A model generated the notes under the pieces. That model made no database searches. It was not told where the DNA came from and was given only the letters and a program-made list of their open reading frames with translations. This document shows, piece by piece, positions 26,704-36,900 of a DNA stretch of 64,000 nt (position 1 is the first letter of the stretch; each line of letters begins with the position of its first letter). The position numbers and the translations under genes are program-made. The stretch is taken from positions 42,773-106,772 of IMG/VR virus record IMGVR_UViG_3300048503_000032; one strand, given 5' to 3'. This DNA comes from a virus. Taxonomy: Duplodnaviria > Caudoviricetes.

Positions 26704-27819
26704 ATGCCTCTTCCCCGTTCTTTAACCCAGACTTTGCGGCAAGGACAGCTTACGGTTGGCGCTGGTTGGCGTGCATACTTCGCCCCATTCAATCAGGCGC
26801 TGGCGGTGACGATCAGTTCCACGATATCTGGCCCGACCATCTATGACTTGCAGGTGTTCGCCAAGTTTCTTGACGCGAACTTCTCGCCGGTACCGGGATG
26901 GTATGACCTGGCGTACACCGACAACTTCAAGTTCACGCCCGGTAGCAAGATGGGGAACGTCGTTACCGGCTATCGTGGAGCCATCCGTGCGAAGTATCGC
27001 GCAGAGGTCAGCGAGAAGCTGTCGTTCGAGTTCCAAGAGGTTTCCCGTTTGACGCTGGGCATCTCGACAGGCATGCAGGTTTTCAACATGCTGGCGACCA
27101 CGGCGACGGCTTCCACTGTCGGCCCGCTGTCGGCATCCGGCACACCGGCTATCGCTATCGGTGCCAGCGGCTACAGTGCGACGGGATGGGCTGGTGCGAC
27201 GGCGGGGTTGCCGACGTTGGCAGTTCCTGCGGGCAGCGGCGCATTGTTCCCGGCGCAGACGATGATCGTTTGCGATCAGGATTACAACACATCGAGTTTC
27301 GGATTCGTGGGAGACGCTGGCGCGAATGTGTTCCAGGGCGCAGTGACGAACGTCGACTTCATCCGTATGACTTCCGACTACGTCGCTCGGGTGGTGCAGG
27401 TGATTCCGGCAGCATCAAGTGGATTGACCGGACAGGATGCGTTGGTTCTGAGCGCACCGTTCGTCGGCGGCGGCAACAACCCGCTGGGCGTTGCGAATGT
27501 GGCACCGAGCAGTGGGGCCAAGGTGCAGGCCATCACCGGGTACACGGCGCGCGAGGGCGGCAGCTACATCAGGGAGTGGAGTGCGATCTTCGCTCTGGAC
27601 ACTGTGGACGGATCGCAGATCCTGAAGTACTATCCGCGGGTTGCGCCGGACACATCGGCAGGCTTGACGAGCAAGGCTTTGGCGGGTGCGACCAGCTTGC
27701 AGCAGTCGGGTATGAGCTGTGCGCTTGACGCGATGGCGTTCGACGATCCGCTGGACGGCGAGACTGTGGTGAGCTACACGGCGTACTTCCCACACGCCAA
27801 CACCACGCCGCAGATCTAA
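26704..27819 (+). CDS. Major tail (tube) protein
   Basis: AAGGAG RBS, T/A/G/S-rich, followed by hairpin, chaperone and tape measure. Confidence 0.75.
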   Translation: MPLPRSLTQTLRQGQLTVGAGWRAYFAPFNQALAVTISSTISGPTIYDLQVFAKFLDANFSPVPGWYDLAYTDNFKFTPGSKMGNVVTGYRGAIRAKYRAEVSEKLSFEFQEVSRLTLGISTGMQVFNMLATTATASTVGPLSASGTPAIAIGASGYSATGWAGATAGLPTLAVPAGSGALFPAQTMIVCDQDYNTSSFGFVGDAGANVFQGAVTNVDFIRMTSDYVARVVQVIPAASSGLTGQDALVLSAPFVGGGNNPLGVANVAPSSGAKVQAITGYTAREGGSYIREWSAIFALDTVDGSQILKYYPRVAPDTSAGLTSKALAGATSLQQSGMSCALDAMAFDDPLDGETVVSYTAYFPHANTTPQI

Positions 27820-27843
27820 TCGGCGGCGAAGACGGATAGGTGG

Positions 27844-27873
27844 GAGGGTGCGGGGCGGAAGCCGCACCCTCTT
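27844..27873 (+). terminator. Hairpin/terminator after major tail gene
   Basis: GAGGGTGCGG...CCGCACCCTC, weak U-tract. Confidence 0.6.
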
Positions 27874-27918
27874 GCCGTATGATGTGGTACGACTTATATC
27901 TTACTGAGGAGTACGACT

Positions 27919-28635
27919 ATGGATGCGAATTGCGATGAGACCTTTACTCCGACCCCGGAGCAAATTGAGCAGGCACTCGCCGACGACCCGTCGGATGTTG
28001 AAGAGCTTGCGGTACTGACCACCCCAGAAGAAAAAGCCATCGGAGCCAAGTTGCTGCCAGCTTTGACAGCGAAGATTCGCGCACAGGCCCAGGCCGATGC
28101 TGCGAAGGAGATGGCTCTCAAGGTGACGGAACTGGTCGCCAACAACACACGGATGATGGAAGACGAGATTAAGAAGCTGCGCGAGTCCATCAAGCCGCCG
28201 AACCCGCAAGAGGTTGAGAAGCTGCTGTCTCAGGACTACGGCGAGATGATGGTTGAGATTGCCGGTCGTAAATCCAAAGAGAAGAAGACGTTCACTCTGC
28301 GCGAGCTTCCACAGTCGTCAGAGAAGCAGATGTTTGACATCATTCAGAAGCGGGTGTTGCCGCATCTGAAGGAGCTTGCTGCGGTTGAGTGGGCAGCGGC
28401 CGCGACACAGGGTGAGAAGTTGCAGAAGGTGCTGACCATCATTCCTGACGGCTTGGACATGCTGGCTGAGTGCTGTGCGATCTGCCTTGACCCGTTCAAG
28501 GAAGAGGGCATCACGGTGGACTGGGTTCAGGCGAATATGGGATCGGCGAGGATTTTGAATATCGTGGAAGCGCAGTTGGAGGTTTCCAAGATCCGGGATT
28601 TTGGCTCGGCGGTTTATCGTCTATTACCCCAGTAG
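27919..28635 (+). CDS. Tail assembly chaperone (G-like)
   Basis: Between tube and tape measure; slippery site near 3' end. Confidence 0.75.
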   Translation: MDANCDETFTPTPEQIEQALADDPSDVEELAVLTTPEEKAIGAKLLPALTAKIRAQAQADAAKEMALKVTELVANNTRMMEDEIKKLRESIKPPNPQEVEKLLSQDYGEMMVEIAGRKSKEKKTFTLRELPQSSEKQMFDIIQKRVLPHLKELAAVEWAAAATQGEKLQKVLTIIPDGLDMLAECCAICLDPFKEEGITVDWVQANMGSARILNIVEAQLEVSKIRDFGSAVYRLLPQ

Positions 28636-28655
28636 CCGACGCTGAGGATGGGGTA
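28596..28655 (+). other. Programmed -1 frameshift site G-GAT-TTT with candidate pseudoknot
   Basis: -1 frame is open from 28602 into the ORF ending 29033; CTCGGCG/CGCTGAG and TACCCCA/TGGGGTA stems. Confidence 0.7.
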
Positions 28656-29033
28656 GGCCGCAGTGCGATGCCAGCAGTGGCGGCGGCTGCATCGTGGATG
28701 GAGGCGCTTAACATGCCATCACGAGAAATCCGCCGTCGGTTTACCAGGTCGGATATGGCCATCATGGGATGGCGGTCGGCAGAGATGTCTGCGAACATGC
28801 GTGATAAAACTGTTCGTAAGGCTCCGCTCCCGTCTAGCATGGATGGTGAAACCTACGGGAACGGGATGGAGAATGTCGATCACGACGAGGTGTTGAAGAA
28901 GATTGAGGATCGGCTCGGAGGGATTGTCTATAAGATGTGCGACGAGCGTGGCGAGATTGATCTACGGAGATTGACGGGAGACGAAGCCTGCGTTTATTTG
29001 AACGCGATAGGCGTTCCCGTTATTCGCATGTGA
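28602..29033 (+). CDS. Tail assembly chaperone T-like extension (via frameshift)
   Basis: No clear RBS at ATG 28668; continuous -1 frame. Confidence 0.7.
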   Translation, partial: WLGGLSSITPVADAEDGVGRSAMPAVAAAASWMEALNMPSREIRRRFTRSDMAIMGWRSAEMSANMRDKTVRKAPLPSSMDGETYGNGMENVDHDEVLKKIEDRLGGIVYKMCDERGEIDLRRLTGDEACVYLNAIGVPVIRM

Positions 29034-29040
29034 GGGTGGG

Positions 29041-32000
29041 ATGGCAGCTGAAGGCGGAGTAACGAATCTGCTCATGTCTATGGGACTCGATCTGAGTCCT
29101 GTAAAGGCTGCTGCGGAGACAATCAAGACGACGCTGAGCGGATTGAATACTCTGGCAGCTCAGGTGCAGGCTACAGCTACGGCAGCGGCCAAGGGCCAGA
29201 GCGCGGAGATGAAGGAGCTGGAGACTCATGCTCGGGCATCTGTGCTTGCTGCCAAGGAAGCCATCTCTCAGGAGAACGTAAAAGCGGCAGCTATCAGGAC
29301 TCAGAATCTGGAGCTGACTCAGCAGGCCACTGCGCAGAAGGCGATAGCAGCGGAAGCTCAGGCTTCGGTAGTCATCGAGCGCGCGAAGACTGCTGAGATT
29401 ACGCGGCAGACGGCTGAGCTTCGGTTACAGGCTCTACAGCAACGTGCGGCTACTGCTGCGGGGGGTGGCGGGGCATCAGGTGGGGTCGCAGGGGCGCTAG
29501 GCGGGCTTGGCGGGCAGGTCAGTAAGGGTTTGCTGGGTTCTGGGCTTGCTGGCGGCGTGGCGGGCGGTCTGCTGGCCGGTGCGGGGGTCGCTGGGTTGAT
29601 CGTAGCGGCGGGATCTGCGCTCGAGGGGTTTCTAGCGAAGATGAAGGAGGTTACGCTTGAGTCGGGCAAGCTGACGATCCTTGAGGATGTGTTCCAGGGC
29701 TTGGCCCGCGGCGCTGGGGTAGACGCGACTGCGATGATGCAGAAGATGCAGACGGCTACAGAGGGACTGGTATCTAAGACGACCCTTTTGAAGGCTGCGA
29801 ACACCGAGTTGCGTTCCCCGTTGCATCTGACGACTGACCAGATCGGGCAGTTGATGACCAGCGTGACCAAGCTGTCCGAGGCCGCGGGCAATACTGCGGA
29901 GACAGGTATCACGCGTTTGAATATGGCGTTCTTGCGCGGACGTCCGATGATTCTTTCGACAGTGCTCGGGGTGCAGGGTCTGCGCGATGTGATGCGCGAC
30001 ATGCCTCCTGGACTGAGTGCGGCGGAGCGCACTACGATTCAGTGGACGCGCGCACTGAAGATTCTCAACGATCAGGCGGCGAAGCTGGGAACTTTGCCGG
30101 TGACGCTTGAGCAAGTGGAGACCCGTCTTCATGTAGCAGTGCAGAATATGGAGATGGGATTCGGGATGGAGCTTGGCCAGTCTACTGGGATGAAGTCGTT
30201 CATGAAGGTTTTGGATGACTTGTCTTTGAAGTTCGGCGGCATGGAGGGGTTGGGTAGGAAGCTAGGCGATACGTTGGGTGATGTGTTTGGCAAACTCGGA
30301 GTTGCTGTCCAGTTTGTAGAGAAGAACTTCGAGACTTTGAAGACGGTTTTGAGCGCGGTTGTAGGGCTTGGTATTACCTACATGTTTGTATCGATGGGAG
30401 CTTCTCTGCTCGCGTTGATTCCTAAGATCGGATTATTGATTGACGGACTTGACGGAATAAGAGCAGCTTTTACGGCTATAGGTTTTACTCCTATAGGACT
30501 TGCGATCACGGGCGTGACTCTCGCGGTCTACGGAGCATACAAAGGTTTCGATATGCTCAGAGAGAGCTTGTCGAAGACGGTAGGAGAGTCCGTGAGTTGG
30601 GGCGAGATGCTGACTGGCATTCTCGACAAGATCAAGCAGATCGGAACGTCGGGTAACAAATCGCTCAATCAGATCATCGCAGAGAATAAAGCGGCATCAA
30701 AGCCGGCCCCTACTGCCAGCGACAGAATCGGGGATATTGAAAAAGAGAGAGTAGCGGCTCAGGATGCGTATGACGCCAAGGATGGCAAGAGCAAGATGGC
30801 CAAAGACGCAGCTCTACTGGCAGCCAAGACAGCTATAGCGGCTAAGGAGATAGCTCTTGCCAAGACTGTATCAGGCGAAAACATAGCCGCAGCGGATGAG
30901 GCGTATCACCACAACCTGGATAATCTAAGTGCAGAGTACAACGCCAAGTATGACGCACGCCAGAAAATGTCGGCTGAGGATAAGAAGGCGGCGACGGTTA
31001 AGTATCTGGCAGATGCGAAAGCGATACAGGAAGCTCACGATACGGCAGTAAAGGCGGCTCCGGTTACGGTAGCTGATCTCTTTAAGACCATCGCTCCAAA
31101 CACCCCACCGAGCACTGGGCCGACTGCACAGCAGAAGACCAAGGACGCTCAGGCTGATTTACAGAAGCAGCTCGACGCAGTTAAGCATCAGTTGGAGGCG
31201 AAGAAGGACGCGATTGCCGAAAGTAAGGCTTTGGATGATGAGGCATATAAGTATGAGTCGGAATCGCTAGAAAAGCACTATGCCAACATGCGACAGATTG
31301 CGGATGATAGCCGCGACGCAGAAAAGGTGGCAGCCAAGAAGACGTTTGAGGCGAAGAAGGCCGACTTGGATGCGACCCGCACTTCATCGGGAATGGACGC
31401 TAAGGTTTACAACGATAAGCTGGCGACTTATGAGCAGGATTTGACGGACGCATACCGGAAGGCCAATCACACTCGGTACATGGCCGAGATTCAGGATGAG
31501 GACGCACACCAGAAGGACTTGCAGGAGATTCGCAGCAAGGCGATACAGAACACACTCAAGAATCAGGGGAAAGAAAACGCGCGCAAAGAGGACGCTCTAC
31601 AGAGTTCCTTTGGGCAGGGAGAGGTAGATCCTCAAGATTATTTACAGCAGCAGTTTGCGCTAATAGATGAGATGAAGCAGCATAAAATAGACGCCGCGAA
31701 CGCTGCGTTTGACGTAGATATGGATCATGCTACTAGATTGCAGACTAAGGAGCAGGCTATCTTCGACGCCGAGGAGGAGGCGAGGCTGAAGAAGCAGAAG
31801 GAGGAAGAGGAACAGGGACAGAGAGCATTGTCGTATGTGGATAAGAAGTTCCAGCCGCAGCAGGCGGCGATCACGGCGCAGATCTCAGGGCTTCAGCCTG
31901 GTCAGAATCCAAACGAATTGCAGCGGCAGATGGCTGACTTGCTGGCGAAGGAGCGTGTGGAGCTGGAGCAGATGCTTCAAGACCCGGCTTTACGACAGTT

Positions 32001-33927
32001 CTCCGACGGATGGAATCAGGTTTACTCGAAGATGGAGCAGGTTTATTCGCAGCAGCAGAAGTATAACGACGAGCTGCGCAAGTCGGCGGATTTGATGACG
32101 CCCCTTGCCGATGGGTTGAAGAGTGTGTCAGGATTATTGGACTCGATATGGTCATCCAAGTTTGTGAAGGGGTTGTCGGCTAGTTTGTCGGGCGGTATCG
32201 CTGCGTTGCAGGGATCGCAGAAAGCTGGCACACAGATTCGAGAAGCGCTACATCCGGGGAGTACGACAGTTCCGAAAGACCCGCAGATGCAGGCATTGGA
32301 AAATGCGGCGCGGTCGGCGGCTAACACCTTTGGAGGGGTTCAGACCAGTGCTGACAAGTTGGTAGACTCTCTTAACAGTGTGACAGCCGCGGCAACTGCT
32401 ACAGCCGCGGCTTTGAGCGCAAAAGCAGGGGACAGCTCGATTACTAACGCGACGATAGGTGGCACGCAGCAGACTCCACAGACCGCGCAGCAGACCACGC
32501 AGCATCCCCCGCAGCAGACCACGCAGCAGACTCCGCAGCAGACCACGCAGCATCCCCCGCAGCAGACCACGCAGCAGACTCCACAGACCGCGCAGCAGAC
32601 TCCGCAGCAGACCACGCAGCAGACTAAGTCGATGTCGGGATCGAGCGCAAGCGGCGATGCTTCGGGATCAGGAACACCGAGTGCGACGGATCGGTTTACT
32701 AATGGGCTGATAGCCGCGACAGGAGAGATTACAAGTTTTGCTGATGCGTTGCATCATTCGTCATCGGCCCTGGGCGGTGCTGTTGGTGGTGCTGCCGGCG
32801 GAGCCGGGATTGGTAGTACGATTTCTGGCGCGCTTGGTGCGGCAGGGCCGTTCGGCGCGATAGCCGGAGCCGTGGTTGGCGGTGTGATGGGCGCAATATC
32901 AGGTCATAAGAATGCAGAGATGTCCAGTGAGCTGAGTCAGATGAACTCTCAGTATACGTCGCTCATGGACGCTTTCCATGCCAACACCGATAATCTTCAG
33001 GTGACCATCAACGAGTTACAGAACTTGATGGCGGAGGCGGCGGAAGAGCAGGCCAATTCTAAGAAGGGCGGACAGGCGTTCGGATCTTTGATCTCGCAGT
33101 ATAGTCAGGAGCTGTCTCAGTTGCAGGATCAGCAGTCGTCGATTATCTCCAGCCTTGAGACGCAGCTGGCCATCTTCGATACGCCGACAGGGATGCAGCA
33201 GTTCCTGACCAATCTGGACACCATCATTCAGCAGTACGATAAGTTTGCCGGCGCTGCGGAGAATGCGTCGCAGTTGGCACAGGCTAATTCCTGGTTGACG
33301 GATAGTTTGTCGAGCTACACGGCGCAGATGGAGAACACGTTTGTCAATGATGAGGAAGGCGGCATCAGCGACGCATTGCAGTTGAATAGCCTACTTTCAG
33401 AGCGTTCGACAATGATCAGTCAACTTGGCAACTCTATCCAGAATGTTTTGGAGCAGGGAGTGTTAACTCGCCAGCAGACTGGAGCGCAGAAGAAGGGACA
33501 GCAGATTTATCAGTTGGAGTCGGCGGCCAGCTTGCAGATGACCAGTATCAACAACGAGATTTCACTTGAGACTTATAAGGTGGGCATCGAGACATCGCTT
33601 TATAATCTCGGCATGACTTCGATGGCGTTGCAGGGACAGTTGCTGGTATTGCAGGAGGCTCAGGCTTCGCAGTCACTGGCCAGCATCAGTGCTTTGCAGA
33701 CTCTCATGGATACGTTGAATGGCGGCGGGTATTCTGGTACGTTGTCTTCGATTCTTACCTTGCTCGGGTATGGCGCAGCGGCTGGGAATATTCCAGCCGG
33801 CACTACGACGAGTCCTTATGGGCCGATTGGTGGTACGCCTATCGGTGGATTGGATGCGCTGGTATCGGCTGCGTACCAGTCGAGAGCTACGTTGGGATAT
33901 GCAGGGTTCAGAGGTTCCAACATCTGA
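29041..33927 (+). CDS. Tape measure protein
   Basis: 1628 aa, Ala/Gly-rich helical, hydrophobic segments, canonical position. Confidence 0.9.
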   Translation: MAAEGGVTNLLMSMGLDLSPVKAAAETIKTTLSGLNTLAAQVQATATAAAKGQSAEMKELETHARASVLAAKEAISQENVKAAAIRTQNLELTQQATAQKAIAAEAQASVVIERAKTAEITRQTAELRLQALQQRAATAAGGGGASGGVAGALGGLGGQVSKGLLGSGLAGGVAGGLLAGAGVAGLIVAAGSALEGFLAKMKEVTLESGKLTILEDVFQGLARGAGVDATAMMQKMQTATEGLVSKTTLLKAANTELRSPLHLTTDQIGQLMTSVTKLSEAAGNTAETGITRLNMAFLRGRPMILSTVLGVQGLRDVMRDMPPGLSAAERTTIQWTRALKILNDQAAKLGTLPVTLEQVETRLHVAVQNMEMGFGMELGQSTGMKSFMKVLDDLSLKFGGMEGLGRKLGDTLGDVFGKLGVAVQFVEKNFETLKTVLSAVVGLGITYMFVSMGASLLALIPKIGLLIDGLDGIRAAFTAIGFTPIGLAITGVTLAVYGAYKGFDMLRESLSKTVGESVSWGEMLTGILDKIKQIGTSGNKSLNQIIAENKAASKPAPTASDRIGDIEKERVAAQDAYDAKDGKSKMAKDAALLAAKTAIAAKEIALAKTVSGENIAAADEAYHHNLDNLSAEYNAKYDARQKMSAEDKKAATVKYLADAKAIQEAHDTAVKAAPVTVADLFKTIAPNTPPSTGPTAQQKTKDAQADLQKQLDAVKHQLEAKKDAIAESKALDDEAYKYESESLEKHYANMRQIADDSRDAEKVAAKKTFEAKKADLDATRTSSGMDAKVYNDKLATYEQDLTDAYRKANHTRYMAEIQDEDAHQKDLQEIRSKAIQNTLKNQGKENARKEDALQSSFGQGEVDPQDYLQQQFALIDEMKQHKIDAANAAFDVDMDHATRLQTKEQAIFDAEEEARLKKQKEEEEQGQRALSYVDKKFQPQQAAITAQISGLQPGQNPNELQRQMADLLAKERVELEQMLQDPALRQFSDGWNQVYSKMEQVYSQQQKYNDELRKSADLMTPLADGLKSVSGLLDSIWSSKFVKGLSASLSGGIAALQGSQKAGTQIREALHPGSTTVPKDPQMQALENAARSAANTFGGVQTSADKLVDSLNSVTAAATATAAALSAKAGDSSITNATIGGTQQTPQTAQQTTQHPPQQTTQQTPQQTTQHPPQQTTQQTPQTAQQTPQQTTQQTKSMSGSSASGDASGSGTPSATDRFTNGLIAATGEITSFADALHHSSSALGGAVGGAAGGAGIGSTISGALGAAGPFGAIAGAVVGGVMGAISGHKNAEMSSELSQMNSQYTSLMDAFHANTDNLQVTINELQNLMAEAAEEQANSKKGGQAFGSLISQYSQELSQLQDQQSSIISSLETQLAIFDTPTGMQQFLTNLDTIIQQYDKFAGAAENASQLAQANSWLTDSLSSYTAQMENTFVNDEEGGISDALQLNSLLSERSTMISQLGNSIQNVLEQGVLTRQQTGAQKKGQQIYQLESAASLQMTSINNEISLETYKVGIETSLYNLGMTSMALQGQLLVLQEAQASQSLASISALQTLMDTLNGGGYSGTLSSILTLLGYGAAAGNIPAGTTTSPYGPIGGTPIGGLDALVSAAYQSRATLGYAGFRGSNI
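32464..32625 (+). repeat. Tandem Gln/Thr/Pro repeat (12-bp units, CAGCAGACyxCG) in tape measure
   Basis: QQTPQTAQQTTQHPPQQTT... Confidence 0.9.
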
Positions 33928-36900
33928 TGCTAAGACTTACATACACGCTCGGAGGGCAGGAAGTAGACATCAGTAAGTATGTCGATTGGAAGTCTGTGAG
34001 CATCACTGAGGCGATCAATGTTCCGGCGCAGTTGAGCTTTAGCGCACAGAACTTTGATCCTGGGTTTCCGACTCCGGTGCAGCGCGCATATGTGAGACTG
34101 TATTCGACGAGATTCAATCGTAGCCTGTTTACTGGGTTCATCTCCAGCCAGCCGAATGTGGTATTTCAGGCTCTGCGCGCGCCGGGAGTGCAGTTGTTTC
34201 AGTATCAGGTACTTTGCACGTCGGACGAGCATCTGCTGAATATCAAGGCTGTTCCGTTTATCCCCGCTTTTGTCAATCAGACGCAGGGACAGGTGTTGAA
34301 GGGGATAGCTGATATTCTCTGCCCTGGATTCTATGATACGACGATGGTGGCGTCTGGGGATATCGAGCCCTACTTCCAGTATGATCCGAATCAGAGTTGG
34401 TGCGAGCTTGCCAAGACATTTGGTGACGGCAGCCGCTACCGCTACAAGGTCAGGGACAAGCAGATTGTGTTTCAGCCTTACGGCGATGGGCCGCTCGGTA
34501 TTGAGTACGACGAGTCGAAGAAGGATAGTACATTCGACCCGATGAGTAGCGGGATGTCGACTCAGGTGTTGGCTGTGCCGACCGTCAATGACATCACCAT
34601 CATCGGTGCTGCGGAGGCAGGAAATAATCGCGAGGACTATTTCATCGGTGACGGGTTCACCGGCAACTTCCCATTGCGGCATAAAGTTTTCAAGGGAGCT
34701 TCAACGCTGCTGTTGACGGATGATTGGACAGAGGCACAGTTCAACACCCAGCAGTGGGTTACCAGCGATCCTGGGGAGCAGTTCAATCTAGGTGCTGGGG
34801 CGCTGAATCTTGTGAGCAGTTTTGCGTTGCCGCTAGGTCAGGCATACATCCAGATGAATAACGCTCTGGAGTTGGCAGGTGGCATCGACATTGAGCATGG
34901 TGAGTTCGGATGGAATGATTATTCGGTCGGGATTGTCGGCGGACTTTATACACAGGCACTCGATTCAGAGGCTCCGTACGCATCAGGGAATTGCCTGGCC
35001 GGGTTCTATATCTCCAGTCCGACTGGGGTTATCACCAGTGCATCGGGCGCGGCCGGCGTGTATATGCAGCCGACGTGGGAAGGACAGCCGGTTGGGGAGC
35101 CGATCGTATCGGAGGTCAATCACACTTATGTATTGCAGACTGTGGTTACGGCTCCGCAGTATGTGAGGTATAACCGCTGGTATCGTTCGCTGGGTGGCAA
35201 TGCTTACGGCGGAGTGGAGACGGCGGTCACTGGCGACGTGACATTCATAGTTCAGGATTTCAATATCGCGGCGGCTACAGGGTTTTACTATCAGCCCAAT
35301 ATCACCAAGGTATCGGTGTCTGCGGTGAACCTGCCCGCGTTTTGTGACTACGGATTCATAAATAACCAGCAGTTGAATCTGACAGTGAATTACACGACGT
35401 TGGCATTGATGCCTCTCGGATCTCTGTCGGCGTATGAAGGGCCGAGCGGTTTGTGGCAGCCGACGGGACTTATCCTGCCCATGCTTCCGCCGGGGAGTGG
35501 CGGATACATCGGGCCTGTTGCGTCGTGGCCAGCAGGAGCCAGCGGGAATATCTGGCCTCCTCCATTGATGCGGAACACGCTACCGCATCAGGAAGTGTTG
35601 GGGAACGGGTTTGAGTTGCAGACGGCACAGGTGTCGCAGGGCAACGAGGCGGACACGTTGGCATTCTATGCGCAGACGCTACCGGCGGCTGGTACTCCAA
35701 TTCGATTCCATTCGTTCGAGTCTCAGGCCGCGATCAGTCGTTTGCAGGCATCGGGGAGTATTGCTCAAGAGGCTTACATTGTCGGCGACAACGGGATTCG
35801 CTCGGCGATCATATCGAATTTGAATCCGCTTCCGCGGACGAGCGAGGACTGTGATGCGGCAGCTCAGGCTTATTTAGACGATAGAACGCAGGTGTTCTAT
35901 AACGGAACATACAACTGCACTTCATATTTCTTCAACAACTTGACTTCAGACACACAGTTCTTCCCGACCTGCGGACGTTATCTGTATGTGAATTCTCCGG
36001 CGCGCGGAATCAGTAAGCAGTGGATGCTGGTGACCCAGCTGACGATCTCCGTGTTGGATGCAGTAGGGAATGCGCAGCATGGACTGGCAGGATTAGGTCA
36101 GGTGGGAGAGGTGCTGCATTTCTCTGTCGGTTTCGGTGCCGATTTGCACTTGGAGAAGGTGCTGTATAACTTCGTGGACATTCAGCCGACGAACGTGCTG
36201 ACCAATACAGATACCGCGACTCCGCCGAACCCGATGTACGACTATCAGATTGATAATGCGTATCAGCCAGACTTGAGTAGCATTCGGGTGAATCCGATTA
36301 CTGATACTGAGGCTCAGGTGACGGTCTATGATGCGATGGTTGCACCGATCGAGATCAGGCTTGAGGATGCGAACTGGGGACAGGGAGCGACTCCGGATTA
36401 TGTGGGGACTGCTACGACGTCTAATTTCACATTGGTGCGTCAGCAGTTCGAGCAGATTTGGTATATGCGGTTTGTTGATTCGACGACGGGAACATACAGC
36501 CGTCGTTCCAAGGTGGTGAGAATATATTACCCGGTGACGCCGTTGGCACCGACGCTGCTATCGGCAGACTCGAATTTCTTGCAGTTCGATTTCAATGGCG
36601 ATATTCGCAATGTGTATGGATTTGAACTGCGCACAGTAGAGAATGTGGTCACGCAGATCGGTACTACGGATGGTAGCGAATTCGGATGGCCGTCAGGTAC
36701 CCCTATTTATGGGCCACCGACTTCGATCTATCGGAGGGCTTGGGGATTTCCGACAACTTATAATCAGGGCGATGTGGTTGTGAACGGGCCGGGATCTCCT
36801 GTTTATATTTCATTACAGTCGGGGAATCAGGGGCATTACTGTCCTAATATCGATCCTACGACTCTCGGAGTATGGTGGGCAGTTCAGTCGCAGACGCCGT

